A stretch of DNA of 64,000 nt, taken from positions 11,501-75,500 of the forward strand of contig JBEDUI010000239.1 in NCBI GenBank assembly GCA_040414495.1, written 5' to 3'. Below, piece by piece: positions 9,610 to 21,300 of the stretch. Numbering within the stretch: the first letter of the stretch is position 1; each line of letters opens with the position of its first letter. The position numbers were made by a program, and so were the translations under genes. Source of the DNA: Mycobacteriales bacterium. Lineage in GTDB: Bacteria; Actinomycetota; Actinomycetes; Mycobacteriales; QHCD01. The notes beneath the pieces are model-generated. The model had not been told where the DNA came from. It saw only the letters and a list, made by a program, of their open reading frames with translations, and ran no database searches.

Positions 9610-10586
9610 CGATCATCTCCACTTTCGGTTGCGGGTGCGTTCAGCACACGTACAGGCGAACCGGCCAGGAACGCGGCGATGCATTCGACCATGCCCTCGT
9701 ACCATCCACGGTACGTCGCGTCGGTCACGAAGCCGATGTGCGGGCTGAGGATGGTGTTCGGGGCGGTCAGCAGTGGGTGGCCGGGCGGCAACGGCTCCTC
9801 GTCATACACATCGAGCGCGGCCCCGGCGATGCTCCCTTCGTGCAAGGCTTTCAGCAGCGCGTCGCCGTCGATGATCGGCCCGCGCGAGGTGTTGACCAGG
9901 TACGCGGTGGGCTTCATCATGGCCAGCTCGGTCGCACCGATCAGGCCGCGGGTGCGTTTGCTGAGCACGGTGTGCACGGACAGTACGTCGGAACGGGCGA
10001 ACAGCTCGTCCTTCTCGACCCGGGTCACCCCGACCGCCGCGGCCTGCTCGGCGGTCAGGTTCGCGCTCCATGCGATGACCTGCATGTCGAAGGCCAACCC
10101 GACCTTCGCGACCCGTGTTCCGAGCCGGCCCAGGCCCAGTACGCCCAGCGTCCGCCCGGCCAGGTCGAGACCGATGGTGTGCTGCCAGCCGCCGGCGCGC
10201 ATCCGAGCATCTTCGGCCGGAATGTGCCGGAGCAGGCCGAGGATCAGGGCCCAGGTCAGTTCGGCCGTCGACCCGGTAGCCCCGTTGCCGGCCCCGCACA
10301 CGGTGATACCGAGCTCGCGGGCCGCGGCCATGTCGATCGAGGCGTTGCGCAGGCCGGCCGTGACGATCAGCTTGAGCCTCGGTAGGCGGGCCAGCAGGGA
10401 ACGGCGGAACGGCGTCCGCTCGCGCATCGCCAGCACGACGTCGAACTCCGCTAGTCGTTCGACCAGCGCGTCCTCGTCGGTCAGGTGGTCGTCGTAGAAG
10501 ACGACCTCGGTGTCCGGCAGCGACGACCAATCCCCGTACGACGGCCCGACCCGTTGGTAGTCATCGAGCCCGGCGACTCGTGTCAC
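9606..10586 (-). CDS. D-isomer-specific 2-hydroxyacid dehydrogenase family protein
   Basis: GVLGLGRLGTRVA NAD fold and SPHIGFVT catalytic His region. Its stop overlaps the serA start. Confidence 0.8.
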   Translation of the reverse strand: MTRVAGLDDYQRVGPSYGDWSSLPDTEVVFYDDHLTDEDALVERLAEFDVVLAMRERTPFRRSLLARLPRLKLIVTAGLRNASIDMAAARELGITVCGAGNGATGSTAELTWALILGLLRHIPAEDARMRAGGWQHTIGLDLAGRTLGVLGLGRLGTRVAKVGLAFDMQVIAWSANLTAEQAAAVGVTRVEKDELFARSDVLSVHTVLSKRTRGLIGATELAMMKPTAYLVNTSRGPIIDGDALLKALHEGSIAGAALDVYDEEPLPPGHPLLTAPNTILSPHIGFVTDATYRGWYEGMVECIAAFLAGSPVRVLNAPATESGDDR

Positions 10587-11578
10587 GGCTGCTCCTTGAA
10601 CTGCTTGACGGTCGCGGCGAACTCCGCCCGCGTCACGGTCCCGGGCGCCGCGCCATCGGCGGCCAGCCGATTGGCCCAGACCTGCAGCGCCTCGTTCACC
10701 GGCGTCGGAACGCCGTACCGGTGGCCGAGCATGGCGATCTCGCCGTTGAGGTAGTCGGCCTCGATCGAACCGGTACCGCGCAGCAGGCTCTGCCGCGACG
10801 AGCTGCCGACCCGCTGGTGCCCGTCAATCTGGCCGATCCGCAGCTCGTCCCCGATCCGGCCATCGACCGCCGCGTCATCGGCGACGGTCAGCCCGGCCGC
10901 GTCCAGGGCGGCGCGCCCCTCGGCCCTCGCTTCGGTGATGATGTCGGCTACGTCGTCGGTGCCCAGCGCCGCGTCGACCGCGTTGGCCAGGTTGCCCAGC
11001 AGCTTGTGGTATTTCCAGGCCATGACGTCGGGTCGGACGACCGAGGCGAAGGCGCTGGCCGAGATGTCGGCCGCCACCTGTTCGGCCACGGCGTCGGCAC
11101 CGGTGGGAAACCGGCCGATATCGAGCACTCCGCGCAGCGGCGTGCCCTCGGCCACCACCACTCCCGGTTGCAGATGGGTCGCCGGCACCCGTACGTACAT
11201 CCCGTAGACATTGCGGAACGACCGCAACGCCAGCCGTTCGGACTCGACGCCGTTCTGTGCGCATACCACCGGCAGCAGGCCGGCCGGCGAACCGTCGCTG
11301 ACCGGGCGCCGGGCCAGCTCGACCAGAGCCGATTCGGTGTCCTGGGTCTTGACCGCCAACAGGAGTACGTCGTCCGGTTGCAGGGTCAGGTCCGAGATCG
11401 CGGCCGCGGGCGCGGCGATCGTCTCGGCGCCGTCCGGAGTCAGCAGCCGTAGGCCGTCCCGGCGCAGCGCGGCCAGATGCGCCCCACGCGCCACCAATAC
11501 GACATCCCGGCCGTGGCGCGCCAGTTCGCCGCCAATAGCTCCTCCGATGGCACCGGCTCCCACGACCACATAGCGCAT
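10583..11578 (-). CDS. Ketopantoate (2-dehydropantoate) reductase family, PanE/ApbA-like
   Basis: N-terminal MRYVVVGAGAIGGAIGG Rossmann motif; 331 aa. Confidence 0.7.
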   Translation of the reverse strand: MRYVVVGAGAIGGAIGGELARHGRDVVLVARGAHLAALRRDGLRLLTPDGAETIAAPAAAISDLTLQPDDVLLLAVKTQDTESALVELARRPVSDGSPAGLLPVVCAQNGVESERLALRSFRNVYGMYVRVPATHLQPGVVVAEGTPLRGVLDIGRFPTGADAVAEQVAADISASAFASVVRPDVMAWKYHKLLGNLANAVDAALGTDDVADIITEARAEGRAALDAAGLTVADDAAVDGRIGDELRIGQIDGHQRVGSSSRQSLLRGTGSIEADYLNGEIAMLGHRYGVPTPVNEALQVWANRLAADGAAPGTVTRAEFAATVKQFKEQP

Positions 11579-11682
11579 ATCGCCATCATTCCAAAGGAGG
11601 TGCGGTCGTAGTACCTGGTATCTGGTGCCTCCCGCCGGCGGGTGACACGCATCTCACCCGTCGGCCGCACCGGTCCCCGCAT

Positions 11683-11955
11683 TGCAGCGAACGTGACATC
11701 AGGGCGTTTCGGGAACGTTCCCAGCCAGCCTGGTGTCACGCTCGCTGCACAACCGCAGCTGGCCGCGACGGAGTTCGCCGCCGGTGCAGCGAACGTGACA
11801 TCACGGTCGGACGCGACCTCCGCAAACCACCCTGGCGTCACGCTCGCTGCAAAAAGCGTTAGTCGTCGCCACAGATATTGACCGTCACTGCAGCGAACGT
11901 GACATCAGGGCGTTTTGGGAACGTTCCCAGCCACCCAGGTGTCACGTTCGGTGAA
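11683..11955. repeat. Three tandem 67-nt palindromic units, family A (REP/MITE-like)
   Basis: Units at 11683-11749, 11785-11851 and 11889-11955. Each is bounded by tgcagcgaacgtgaca ... tgtcacg(c/t)tcg(c/g)tg(c/a)a. Units 1 and 3 also hold the perfect inner palindrome gggaacgttccc. Confidence 0.85.
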
Positions 11956-11959
11956 GAAT

Positions 11960-12096
11960 TGGCGCGGTCAGCCAGTCAGCCCCGTCAGCTGTGGGACGAG
12001 CCGGTCAGCCGGTCAGCTGCGAGACGGCGCCGCCAATCGGTCAGCTGCGAATTGGCACAGTCAACCGGTCGACTGCGAGACCGCACCGGAAAACGG
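11960..12096. repeat. Degenerate short tandem repeat (GGTCAGCTGCGA-type)
   Basis: ccggtcagctgcgagacgg / tcggtcagctgcgaattgg / ccggtcgactgcgagaccg / acggtcagctcgcagcggg recur at a period of about 30 nt, running up to the patatin stop codon. Confidence 0.6.
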
Positions 12097-13092
12097 TCAG
12101 CTCGCAGCGGGCGCCGGAAAACGGGCGGCGAGGAATTTGCGCGCGGCGGCCCGGCCGTTTTCGTACAACCGCTGCTGTGTCGCCGCATCAATGTCGAAGT
12201 CGACCGAATCCACGTGCAGGCAGTCGACAAAAATCGTGCGGGCCGTGACGCCTTCGTCGTCGAGATGGTAGGCGTCATGCGCGCCCAGCAGCGTGCGCAG
12301 ACAACCCTGCAGCAGGTCGACGGTGTTGTCGATCTGGTGCGCCGCCTGCCGGGCATCCGGCCGGGCCGACAGCTTGATGCCGAACGTCGGCCAACGCGGC
12401 GGAAGCCCGTCGGTCCGATCGAACGCGTCGACCGGGAAATTGGAAAGCAGTCCACCGTCGACCAACGTCACCGCGCCGCCCCCACCCGGTCCGGTCGCCA
12501 GCTGGGCCGGCCGGTAATAAAACGGAATCGACATCGACGCGCGTACGGATTCCACAATGGACTGTTCATCGGCCTCGAGCCCGTAATAATGGAAATCCCA
12601 CGGCAGCCGGACCAACCGGCCGCGGGACAGGTCGCTGGCCATGACGACGAGCCGGTACCGCTGGGACGGCGGCAACGACGTGCCCTCGTCATCGTCAATC
12701 CGCAGCTGACCCCAGGTCGTAATTCCGACCTTCTCCAATTCGGCCGACAGCCATTCGATCAGGTATTCGCCTTTGTAAATTCCCTCGGACACCATCAATT
12801 CCAGCGCCTTACCCGGCGGGCCGAGTCGGTCGAGCACCGCGCCGTCGCGGAATTTCCGGTAATCCAGCGCCCGCATCACGTCGACGATGCCGGACAGCGG
12901 TCGCCCTGCCGCCTGGTACGTCGCGGCCAGCGCGCCGACGATCGCGCCGGCCGAGGTACCCGCGATCCGCGGAAAATGCAGTCCCTGCTCGGCCAATTCG
13001 ACGATCGCGCCGGCCAGACCGATTCCTTTGACCCCGCCGCCTTCCAGCACCAGGTCGGCACTGGCCGCGGGCACCTGCACGCTGCTGTCCAT
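12097..13092 (-). CDS. Patatin-like phospholipase
   Basis: GGGVKGIGLAG oxyanion motif, GTSAGAIV nucleophile (GxSxG) and DGG Asp motif. The ATG at 13092 (MDSSVQVP) is preferred over the ORF-track start at 13179. Confidence 0.85.
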   Translation of the reverse strand: MDSSVQVPAASADLVLEGGGVKGIGLAGAIVELAEQGLHFPRIAGTSAGAIVGALAATYQAAGRPLSGIVDVMRALDYRKFRDGAVLDRLGPPGKALELMVSEGIYKGEYLIEWLSAELEKVGITTWGQLRIDDDEGTSLPPSQRYRLVVMASDLSRGRLVRLPWDFHYYGLEADEQSIVESVRASMSIPFYYRPAQLATGPGGGGAVTLVDGGLLSNFPVDAFDRTDGLPPRWPTFGIKLSARPDARQAAHQIDNTVDLLQGCLRTLLGAHDAYHLDDEGVTARTIFVDCLHVDSVDFDIDAATQQRLYENGRAAARKFLAARFPAPAAS

Positions 13093-13251
13093 GACGTGTC
13101 CCGTTCGCTCGGTTAGGCGGCCATTGTCCACCAACGAACGTGTCACGAACCACCATTTCCGGTAACCGTATGCGCACAAATGAGTACGCGGCAGCCGCCG
13201 CCCAGCTCAGCGATCATGTGGGGACAAGGCTGCTGCCGGAATGGAGCAATC

Positions 13252-13731
13252 ATGACTGAACCTGCGGAACAGATCGATTACGCCAATCTCCCCGCGCCCG
13301 ACTCGGGCTTTGTGGTCACGATGTTCATCACCGTCCGCAAGGTCGCACGGTCCCGGGATTTCTACTCGCGGGTCCTGGGCGGCACCGTCGTCCTGCCCGA
13401 GAACCCCTGCATCGTCAAGCTGTCCAATACGTGGATCATCATGAATCCCGGCGGGCCACCCACGCCGGACAAGCCCGATATCTCGGTGGTCAATTACGAG
13501 CCCGGCGATACGACCTCGATGTTCCTCAACCTACGGGTCGCCGATATTCAGGCCCGTTACGAGGAGTGGAAGGGCAAAGGCGCGGAATTCCTCACGCCGC
13601 CGATCGACCGGGGGGCCGAGATCCGCTGCTATATGCGGGATCCGGACGGCTATCTCATCGAGGTCGGCCAAGCCACCGGGCTGCTGCAGGGAAAGCTCGC
13701 CGAAAAACGACCCGAGGACCTGCCCGGCTGA
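13252..13731 (+). CDS. Glyoxalase/bleomycin-resistance/dioxygenase (VOC) family protein
   Basis: SRDFYSRVLGGTV ... YMRDPDGYLIEV is a typical VOC fold signature. The ATG at 13252 is preceded by ggagca. Confidence 0.75.
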   Translation: MTEPAEQIDYANLPAPDSGFVVTMFITVRKVARSRDFYSRVLGGTVVLPENPCIVKLSNTWIIMNPGGPPTPDKPDISVVNYEPGDTTSMFLNLRVADIQARYEEWKGKGAEFLTPPIDRGAEIRCYMRDPDGYLIEVGQATGLLQGKLAEKRPEDLPG

Positions 13732-13906
13732 TCCGGCCTGCCCGACTGTCCACAGTGGACTGCCGAGGATGGCCGGGGCGGGCGAGGGTTCAGCCGGTGC
13801 TGGCGGGCGGGCAAGGCCTCAACAGCGCCGGGCGGCGTCAAGAGGTCAGCCGCTGCTGGGCGAGGGTAGATCCGTATGCGGGGGTCGATCGGTACGCGGC
13901 GGGCGA

Positions 13907-14926
13907 TCAGCCGGTACGGGCCAGTACGAAATCGGCCAGCGCGGCCAACCCAGCGCGGGCCGGTACGTCCGGCAGATCCGCCAGCGCTTCGCGGGCCCGC
14001 GAGGCGTATTCGGATGTCGTGGCACGCGCCTGTTCCATCGCCGGCGAGATACGCAGCAACTGCAATGCCTCGGCGTGCCGGTCATCGTCGGTCAGCGGAC
14101 CGGCCAACAGCTCCCGCAACCGGACCGCATCCGGATCGGTCGCCGTGGACCGCAGTGCGTACAACGCCGGCAACGTGTGGATGCCCTCGCGCAGGTCGGT
14201 GCCCGGCGTCTTCCCGGACTCGGCCGTCTGCGAGGCCACGTCGAGCAGGTCATCGGAAAGCTGGAACGCCGTCCCGACGATTTCCCCGTACCGCTGCACG
14301 TTCGCCACCACATCGGCCGGTGCGCCGGCGAACATCGCGCCGAACCGGGCCGACGTCGCGATCAACGACGCGGTCTTTTCATCCAACACGGTCAGGTAAT
14401 GCGCCACCGGGTCGGCATCACCCACCACGCCGCGCGTTTCCCGAATCTGGCCGGTAACCAACCGGGAGAACGTCCGCGCCTCGATCCGCACCGCCTCCGG
14501 GCCAAGGTCGGAGATGATGTCCGAGGCCCGGGCGAACAGGAAATCGCCGGTCAGAATCGCGACTGTATTGCTCCAGCGCGAATTGGCCGACTCGGCCCCA
14601 CGCCGCACCGGGGCTTCGTCCATCACGTCGTCGTGGTACAGCGTGGCCAGGTGGGTCAGCTCCACGACCACGGCCGCGTCGATGATGCCCGGAGCCTCCG
14701 GGTCGCCGAAGTGCGAGGCCAGCAACACCAACAGCGGCCGGAACCGCTTGCCGCCGGCCGCCACCAGGTGCCGCACCGGCTCGGCGATGAAGTCCACGTC
14801 GGTCGATACGGCGGCGTGCAACGCCTGCTCGACCCGGTCGAGGCCGGTACGTACCGACTCGGCCAGCTTCGGATCGGCGAGCTCGACGAAGCTCTGCATC
14901 GCGTCCGCCCGCGGCAGGCTGGTCAT
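13907..14926 (-). CDS. Polyprenyl diphosphate synthase (long-chain, menaquinone side-chain type)
   Basis: First and second Asp-rich motifs (LYHDDVMDE and FQLSDDLLD); 339 aa; located directly downstream of nuoN. Confidence 0.9.
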   Translation of the reverse strand: MTSLPRADAMQSFVELADPKLAESVRTGLDRVEQALHAAVSTDVDFIAEPVRHLVAAGGKRFRPLLVLLASHFGDPEAPGIIDAAVVVELTHLATLYHDDVMDEAPVRRGAESANSRWSNTVAILTGDFLFARASDIISDLGPEAVRIEARTFSRLVTGQIRETRGVVGDADPVAHYLTVLDEKTASLIATSARFGAMFAGAPADVVANVQRYGEIVGTAFQLSDDLLDVASQTAESGKTPGTDLREGIHTLPALYALRSTATDPDAVRLRELLAGPLTDDDRHAEALQLLRISPAMEQARATTSEYASRAREALADLPDVPARAGLAALADFVLARTG

Positions 14927-14995
14927 CGGCGCGGGCGCAGGCCAAAAGCCGCCGCCAGACGGCCAATGCCAACGATCGAGGTCACGTACACCGGC

Positions 14996-16561
14996 TCACG
15001 ATACGAAGTGGGCGGCCTTGTCGGCCACATCGAGGATCGACTGCGGGAAGATGCCCAGGAAGATCGTGGCCGCCGCGGTGACAGCGAGCGCGACCTGGGT
15101 CGGCCAGCCTGGCACGGCCACGGTCGGGCCGTCCTCCGGCGGGTCCGAGAAGTACATGAGCACCACGATGCGCAGGTAGAAGAACGCCGCGATCGCCGAG
15201 GCGACCAACGCGATCACCACCAGCGTCCCCAGCCCGGCGTCGATGCCGGCCCGGAAGATCACGAACTTGCCGATGAAGCCGGCTGTCAACGGCACACCCG
15301 CGAACGACAGCAGGAAGATCGTGAACACCCCGGCCAGCAGCGGCGACCGCTTGGCCAGACCGGCCCACTGCGACAGGTGCGTCGCCTCGCCGGTCGAGGT
15401 CCGTACCAGCGTCACCACCCCGAACGCACCGAGCGTGGCGAAGGCGTACGTGAGCAGGTAGAACATCGTGCTCGACAGGCCCGCGGGCGACAGCGACATG
15501 ACGCCGACGAGCAGGAAGCCGGCGTGCGCGATCGAGGAGTACGCCAGCAGTCGCTTCACGTCGGTCTGGGTCAGACCGAAGATCGCGCCGACCAGCATCG
15601 AGATGATCGCGACGCCCCACATGATCGGCCGCCAGTCCCACGACGTCGAGCCGAACGCGACGTAGAAGACCCGCAGCATCGCGCCGAACGCGGCGACCTT
15701 GGTGCAGGCGGCCATGAAGCCGGTGATCGGGGTCGGCGCGCCCTGGTAGACGTCCGGGGTCCAGGTGTGGAACGGAGCCACGGAACCCTTGAACAGCAGG
15801 CCGACCACCAGCAGGCCGAAGCCCAACAGCAGCAGCGAGTCGCCCTTGTTGGTCCCGCTGGAGGCGGCGAAAATGCCGTGCAGATTAACCGTGCCCGCGT
15901 ACCCGTACAGCATCGCCAGGCCGTACAGGAAGAACGCCGAGGCGAACGCGCCGAGCAGGAAGTACTTGACCGCGGCTTCCTGCGACAGCAACCGGCGCCG
16001 CCGGGCCAGGCCGGTCAGCAGGTACAGCGGGAGCGAGAGCACTTCCAGCGATACGAACATCAGCAGCAGGTTGTTCGACGCGGGGAAGAGCATCATGCCC
16101 GAGAGGGCGAACGTGATCAGCGGGTACGCCTCGGTCTGCACCCGGGTCGCCGTGGCCTGGGCCCGGTCGCGGCTGCTGCCGACCGCCAACGCGGCCTGAC
16201 TGACCAGGGCACTCCCGCCGGCGTCGACCTTGCGCTCAGCCACCAGCAGGATGCTGATCAGACCCAGCACCGCCAGCGAGCCTTCCAGGAACAGCGTCGG
16301 CCCGTCGATCGCAACCGCGCCCGCCGCGGTGGCGACGTGCTTGTTCCGGATCACGATGACCGTGATCAGCGCGGCCACGCAGCCGGCCATCGCCAGCGGC
16401 GCCTGGATCAGCATGCGAGTGGCCCGAGACGTGAAGGCCTCGATCAGCACCCCCGCGCACGCCACGCCGAGCATGATCAGCATCGGCAGCAGCGCCACGT
16501 AGGCAATGGACGGCGAATGGATCGGCGCCATATCGGCGGCGGTGTTCACCACACCATTCAT
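14996..16561 (-). CDS. nuoN: NADH-quinone oxidoreductase subunit N
   Basis: 521-aa polytopic antiporter-like subunit. ATGA overlap with the nuoM stop; last gene of the nuo order. Confidence 0.95.
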   Translation of the reverse strand: MNGVVNTAADMAPIHSPSIAYVALLPMLIMLGVACAGVLIEAFTSRATRMLIQAPLAMAGCVAALITVIVIRNKHVATAAGAVAIDGPTLFLEGSLAVLGLISILLVAERKVDAGGSALVSQAALAVGSSRDRAQATATRVQTEAYPLITFALSGMMLFPASNNLLLMFVSLEVLSLPLYLLTGLARRRRLLSQEAAVKYFLLGAFASAFFLYGLAMLYGYAGTVNLHGIFAASSGTNKGDSLLLLGFGLLVVGLLFKGSVAPFHTWTPDVYQGAPTPITGFMAACTKVAAFGAMLRVFYVAFGSTSWDWRPIMWGVAIISMLVGAIFGLTQTDVKRLLAYSSIAHAGFLLVGVMSLSPAGLSSTMFYLLTYAFATLGAFGVVTLVRTSTGEATHLSQWAGLAKRSPLLAGVFTIFLLSFAGVPLTAGFIGKFVIFRAGIDAGLGTLVVIALVASAIAAFFYLRIVVLMYFSDPPEDGPTVAVPGWPTQVALAVTAAATIFLGIFPQSILDVADKAAHFVS

Positions 16562-18066
16562 TTGGCCGCGCTCCCCGCGGTCGGAGCCGGATCGGTCTTA
16601 CCCACGTCCTGCATGGTCGCCTTCACGGCTGGGTTAATGACGGACAGAATCGGCTTGGGATACACGCCGAGGAACACGATCAGCACCAGCAGCGGCCCGA
16701 TCGCCCAGGCCTCACGGCCGGACAGGTCACGCCAGCGGCCGACCTTCTCACCCTTCGGGCCGTGGAAGAGCCGCTGGTACATCCACAGCACGTACAGCGC
16801 GGCGAAGATGATGCCGATCGTCGCGAGGATCGCGTACACCTTGTGCACGGTGAACGTGCCCACCAGCGTGAGGAACTCGCTGACGAAGGTCGACAGGCCC
16901 GGCAGCGCCAGCGACGAGAGGCCGGCGAACAGGAACACGCCGGACAGCCACGGCGTCACCGAGGCCACGCCGCCGTAGTCGCCGATCAGCCGGCTCTTGC
17001 CCCGGGTGATCAGGATGCCGACGGCGATGAACAGCATGCCGGTCGACAGGCCGTGGTTGACCATGTAGAGCACGGCCCCGGAGCCACCCTGGGTGGTGAA
17101 CGCGAAGATGCCCAGCCCGATGAACCCGAAGTGCGCGATCGAGGTGTACGCGACCAGTCGCTTCATGTCGCGTTGACCGACCGCGACGATCGCGCCGTAG
17201 ATAATGCCGATGACCGAGAGGATCAGCACCATCGGGGCGAAGTACCGCGACGCATCCGGGAACAGCGGCAGGCAGTAGCGCAGGAACCCGAACGTGCCCA
17301 CCTTGTCCAGCACACCAACCAGGAGCACCGCGCCGCCGATCGGTGCCTCGGCGCCGGCGTCGGGCAGCCAGGTGTGGAAAGGCACCAGCGGGGCCTTGAT
17401 CGCGAAGGCGATGAAGAAGCCGAAGAACAGCAGCTTCTGGTAGCCCGGGTCGACCGTGCCCACCAGCTTCATGAACGCGAACGAGTGCGTCGGCGAGGCG
17501 AAGTACAGCGTGATGACCGCGGCCAGCATGATCAGGCCGCCGAGCAGGCTGTACAGGAAGAACTTCATCGCGGCGTACTGCCGACGCGGGCCGCCGAAGG
17601 AACCGATGAGGAAGTACATCGGGACCAACATGGCCTCGAAGAAGACGTAGAACAGGAAGACGTCGGTGGCCACGAAAACGCCGACCATCATGACTTCCAG
17701 CGCCAACAGCCAGCCGAAGAACGCCCGCGGGCTGCGGTTGCCCGGCGTCTCGTCGTTCCAGGAGGCGATGACCACCACGGGTACGAGTACGGCGATCAGC
17801 AGCACCATCACCAACGCGATGCCGTCGACCCCGACCGCGAAGCTCACGCCGAACGCCCTGATCCAGGTCCACGACAGGTTGCCCTGGAACCGGGCCCCGT
17901 TCGGCTTGAACTGCGCCGCCGCGATGATCGCCACGACCAGGGCCACCAACGACGTACCCAGCGTGATCTGCTTGGCCTGCTCATCCCGGCCTTCCGGCAG
18001 GAGCGCAACGATCAGCGCCCCGACCAGCGGGATCGCGCCGAGCGCAATGAGCCAGTAGCCGCTCAC
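16558..18066 (-). CDS. nuoM: NADH-quinone oxidoreductase subunit M
   Basis: Antiporter-like subunit (PFHTWLPDA). The GTG at 18066 overlaps the nuoL stop (GTGA). The upstream 64 codons of the ORF-track model lie inside nuoL. Confidence 0.93.
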   Translation of the reverse strand: MSGYWLIALGAIPLVGALIVALLPEGRDEQAKQITLGTSLVALVVAIIAAAQFKPNGARFQGNLSWTWIRAFGVSFAVGVDGIALVMVLLIAVLVPVVVIASWNDETPGNRSPRAFFGWLLALEVMMVGVFVATDVFLFYVFFEAMLVPMYFLIGSFGGPRRQYAAMKFFLYSLLGGLIMLAAVITLYFASPTHSFAFMKLVGTVDPGYQKLLFFGFFIAFAIKAPLVPFHTWLPDAGAEAPIGGAVLLVGVLDKVGTFGFLRYCLPLFPDASRYFAPMVLILSVIGIIYGAIVAVGQRDMKRLVAYTSIAHFGFIGLGIFAFTTQGGSGAVLYMVNHGLSTGMLFIAVGILITRGKSRLIGDYGGVASVTPWLSGVFLFAGLSSLALPGLSTFVSEFLTLVGTFTVHKVYAILATIGIIFAALYVLWMYQRLFHGPKGEKVGRWRDLSGREAWAIGPLLVLIVFLGVYPKPILSVINPAVKATMQDVGKTDPAPTAGSAAK

Positions 18067-20027
18067 CCAAACCTCACAGCCAACAGGGCGGCGACCACCA
18101 CGAACGAGCCGCCGAGCATGGACATGGCGTAGGACCGGACGAATCCGGTCTGCAGCCGGCGCAGCCGCGCCGAACTGCCCCCGAGCAGAGCCCCGATACC
18201 GCCGACGGCGCCATCCACACCGCGGCTGTCGAAGTAGACCGCCGCGCGGGACAGCCACTCACCGGGGTGCGCGAACAGCCCTTCGTTGAGGGCGTCGCCG
18301 TACAGGTTCTTGCGGGCGGCGACCACGATCGGCCCGGCCGCCGGCGGGGTGACCGGCACGTCCTTACGACCGACGGCCAGCCAGGCGAAGACACCACCGA
18401 GCAGCATGGCGACGATCGTCAGGATCGACAGCGTGGTCGAGGAAATCGCCTCGGTGTTCGGCTCGGCGAACCCGACGGCCGGCGTCAGCCAGTGCACCAG
18501 GCGGTCGCCGGTGGCGAACCAGGCACCGGCGCCGATCGCGCCGATGGCCAGCAGGATCATCGGGATCGTCATGACCGGCGGCGACTCGTGCGGGTGCGCG
18601 TCCTGCGCCCAACGCCGCTTGCCGAAGAACGTCATCATCATCAGCCGGGTCATGTAGAACGCGGTCAGCAGGGCACCGATCAGCGCGCAGGTGCCGAGGA
18701 TCGTGCCCGACGTACCGCCCTTGTCGAAGGCAGCCTCGATGATCTTGTCCTTGGTGAAGTAACCGGACAGGCCCGGGAAGCCGATCAGGGCCAGGTAACA
18801 GATGCCGAACGTGATGGCCGTGATCGGCATGACGCGGGCCAGACCGCCGTAGCGGCGCATGTTGACCTCGTCGTTCATCCCGTGCATCACCGAACCGGCG
18901 CCGAGGAACAGCCCGGCCTTGAAGAAACCGTGGGCCAGCAGGTGCATGATGCCCAGCGCGTAACCGGCCGGGCCGAGGCCGACGGCCAGGAACATGTAGC
19001 CGATCTGGCTGACGGTCGAGTACGCCAGCACCTTCTTGATGTCGTCGTACGCGCAACCGCTGATGCAGCCGTAGAGCAGGGTGACCGCGCCGATGATCGT
19101 GACGACGGTCCGGCCGTCGGTGGTGGCGTCGAAGATCGGGTTGGACCGCGCGATCACGTAGACGCCGGCGGTCACCATCGTCGCGGCGTGGATCAGCGCG
19201 GAAACCGGGGTCGGGCCCTCCATGGCGTCGGGCAACCACGCCTGCAGCGGAACCTGACCGGACTTACCGCAGGCGCCGAGCAGCAACAGCAACGCGATCG
19301 CGGTGACCGTGGTGGCCGAGGCGTGGTGGATGCCGGCGAAGACGCCGTCGAACGACGTGGTGCCCAGGGAGGCGAACATCAGCATGATCGCGATCGACAG
19401 GCCGACGTCGCCGACCCGGTTCATGATGAACGCCTTCTTCGCCGCCGTGGCCGCCGCGGGCTTGTAGGTCCAGAACCCGATCAGCAGGTACGAGGCCAGA
19501 CCGACACCCTCCCAGCCGACGTACATGACCAGGAAGTTGTTGCCCAGGACCAGCAGCAGCATCGCCGCGATGAACAGGTTGAAGTACGCGAAGAAGCGGC
19601 GCCGTTCCGGGTCGTGCGCCATGTACCCGAGCGAGTAGATGTGGATCAGCGAGCCGACGCCGGTGATCAGCAGCACGAAACACATCGAGAGCTGGTCCAA
19701 CTGCAGCGCCGCGTCGACGTGGAAGCTGCCGACCGGTATCCAGGTGAACAGGTGGACGTTGTGGCGGCGGTCGTTCGCGCTCTCACCGCGCATGTTGAAG
19801 TACAGCGCGACGGCGTAGATGAAGCAGACCACCGGCACCGCGACACCGAGGTAGTGGCCCCACTTGTCACCGCGCTTGCCGGTGAAGAACAGCACGATCG
19901 CCGAGGCCAGCGGCAGCGCGATGAGCAGCCAGGAGGCCTGCTGCAGACCACCACTGGCCGGATGGGACGCCTCGGTGGCCAACGACGTTATTCCGTTAGC
20001 CAGGGACGCACCGGCGAGGTTGCTCAC
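18063..20027 (-). CDS. nuoL: NADH-quinone oxidoreductase subunit L
   Basis: 654-aa antiporter-like subunit with a C-terminal lateral helix region; position in operon. Confidence 0.95.
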   Translation of the reverse strand: MSNLAGASLANGITSLATEASHPASGGLQQASWLLIALPLASAIVLFFTGKRGDKWGHYLGVAVPVVCFIYAVALYFNMRGESANDRRHNVHLFTWIPVGSFHVDAALQLDQLSMCFVLLITGVGSLIHIYSLGYMAHDPERRRFFAYFNLFIAAMLLLVLGNNFLVMYVGWEGVGLASYLLIGFWTYKPAAATAAKKAFIMNRVGDVGLSIAIMLMFASLGTTSFDGVFAGIHHASATTVTAIALLLLLGACGKSGQVPLQAWLPDAMEGPTPVSALIHAATMVTAGVYVIARSNPIFDATTDGRTVVTIIGAVTLLYGCISGCAYDDIKKVLAYSTVSQIGYMFLAVGLGPAGYALGIMHLLAHGFFKAGLFLGAGSVMHGMNDEVNMRRYGGLARVMPITAITFGICYLALIGFPGLSGYFTKDKIIEAAFDKGGTSGTILGTCALIGALLTAFYMTRLMMMTFFGKRRWAQDAHPHESPPVMTIPMILLAIGAIGAGAWFATGDRLVHWLTPAVGFAEPNTEAISSTTLSILTIVAMLLGGVFAWLAVGRKDVPVTPPAAGPIVVAARKNLYGDALNEGLFAHPGEWLSRAAVYFDSRGVDGAVGGIGALLGGSSARLRRLQTGFVRSYAMSMLGGSFVVVAALLAVRFG

Positions 20028-20191
20028 GGTTTCCTATCGCCTCTCTGACATCGCGTCCCGACCGAAGCCGGGCCGGCTTGTATCTTGCGCGCCCCGGCGG
20101 AGCCGGAACGGTGGTGCTACGTACGGACATGCGGTCCCGGCGGACCGGGTCGATCAAGCTGACTGGTCGTCCCGGCAGAGCCGGAGAGACT

Positions 20192-20491
20192 CTAGTACTT
20201 CAGCAAGTTCGAGTCGTCGACGGAGGCCGACCGCCGGGTGCGGAAGATCGACATGATGATCGCCAATCCGACCACCACCTCGGCCGCGGCCACCACCATG
20301 ACAAAGAACGCCATGATCTGACCGTCGAGCGTGCCGTTGATGCGGGAGAACGTCACGAGCGCCAGGTTGGCCGCGTTGAGCATGAGCTCGATGCACATGA
20401 ACACGACGATGGCGTTGCGCCGCACCAGGACGCCGACCGTCCCGATCGAGAACAGAATGGCGGACAGCAGCAGATACCAGGTCGGGCTCAC
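20192..20491 (-). CDS. nuoK: NADH-quinone oxidoreductase subunit K
   Basis: 99 aa, 3 [15 protein letters not shown] motif. Confidence 0.95.
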   Translation of the reverse strand: MSPTWYLLLSAILFSIGTVGVLVRRNAIVVFMCIELMLNAANLALVTFSRINGTLDGQIMAFFVMVVAAAEVVVGLAIIMSIFRTRRSASVDDSNLLKY

Positions 20492-21300
20492 TGCTCACTC
20501 CTCTCCAGCTCACCGCGACTGGGCGCGTGCTGTTCGAGCTCGGCCACCTCCGCGGTTTTGATCACACTGGACTCGGCTGTGGTGCCGTCGGGCAGCAAAG
20601 CCCGGCGGGCGACCGAGTCACCGTAGGCGTAGACACCGGGACCGGGTTTCGGTCCGATGTACTCACCGCTGCGGAACCGGGTCTTGAGCAGTTGCTTCTG
20701 GGTACGCCGCTCGCCCGGCTCGCGCTCGATGTTGCCGAGCACCATCGCCCCGACCGCCGCCGTGATCAGCAGGGCCGAGGTGAGCTCGAACGCGAAGACG
20801 TAGTCGTGGAAGAGCAACCGCGAGATGCCGGGTAGGTTGCCGGCCGCGTTGGCCGCCTCCAGGCCGGCCGCGCGGCGTTTGTCCAGCGCACCGGCGATGA
20901 CGGCGATCAGCAGCGCGGCCAGTCCGGCCCCGAGCAGGATCGCGGCGACCCGTTGACCGCGCAACGTCTCGATCAACGAATCGGAGGTATCACGGCCGAT
21001 CAGCATCAGCACGAACAGGAACAGGATCATGATCGCGCCGGTGTAGACGATGATCTGCACGAAGCCGATGAACGGCCCCTGCTCCATCACGTAGAAGATG
21101 CCGAGCGAGAACATCGTCGTCACCAACCACAGCGCCGAGTGCACCGCGTTGCGTGACAAAACCATCCCGAGCGCGCCGATGATGGAAAGCGGACCGAGGA
21201 TCCAGAAGATCACGGCCTCGCCGTTGTGCATCTGCTGTCCGGCCGGCAACGCGACGTTCGTCATGGCCACATTGGACAGTGCGACTGCGTGCTGGATCAT
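20488..21300 (-). CDS. nuoJ: NADH-quinone oxidoreductase subunit J
   Basis: 270 aa, membrane N-terminal half, operon position. The start overlaps the nuoI stop. Confidence 0.9.
   Translation of the reverse strand: MIQHAVALSNVAMTNVALPAGQQMHNGEAVIFWILGPLSIIGALGMVLSRNAVHSALWLVTTMFSLGIFYVMEQGPFIGFVQIIVYTGAIMILFLFVLMLIGRDTSDSLIETLRGQRVAAILLGAGLAALLIAVIAGALDKRRAAGLEAANAAGNLPGISRLLFHDYVFAFELTSALLITAAVGAMVLGNIEREPGERRTQKQLLKTRFRSGEYIGPKPGPGVYAYGDSVARRALLPDGTTAESSVIKTAEVAELEQHAPSRGELERSEQ

Noticed and set aside
11642-13116. ORF-track CDSs 11642-11881 (+) and 11878-13116 (+, 412 aa).
   Set aside because: The first runs through the family A palindromic units (giving PGVTLAA-type translations in several frames). 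The second is antisense to the well-supported patatin gene and has Arg-rich nonsense composition.
13748-13760. The palindrome core CACAGTG equals the vertebrate V(D)J recombination-signal heptamer and contains a CASTG restriction-type site.
   Set aside because: The resemblance is coincidental with no biological basis in a bacterium. Restriction sites are usually avoided, not enriched.
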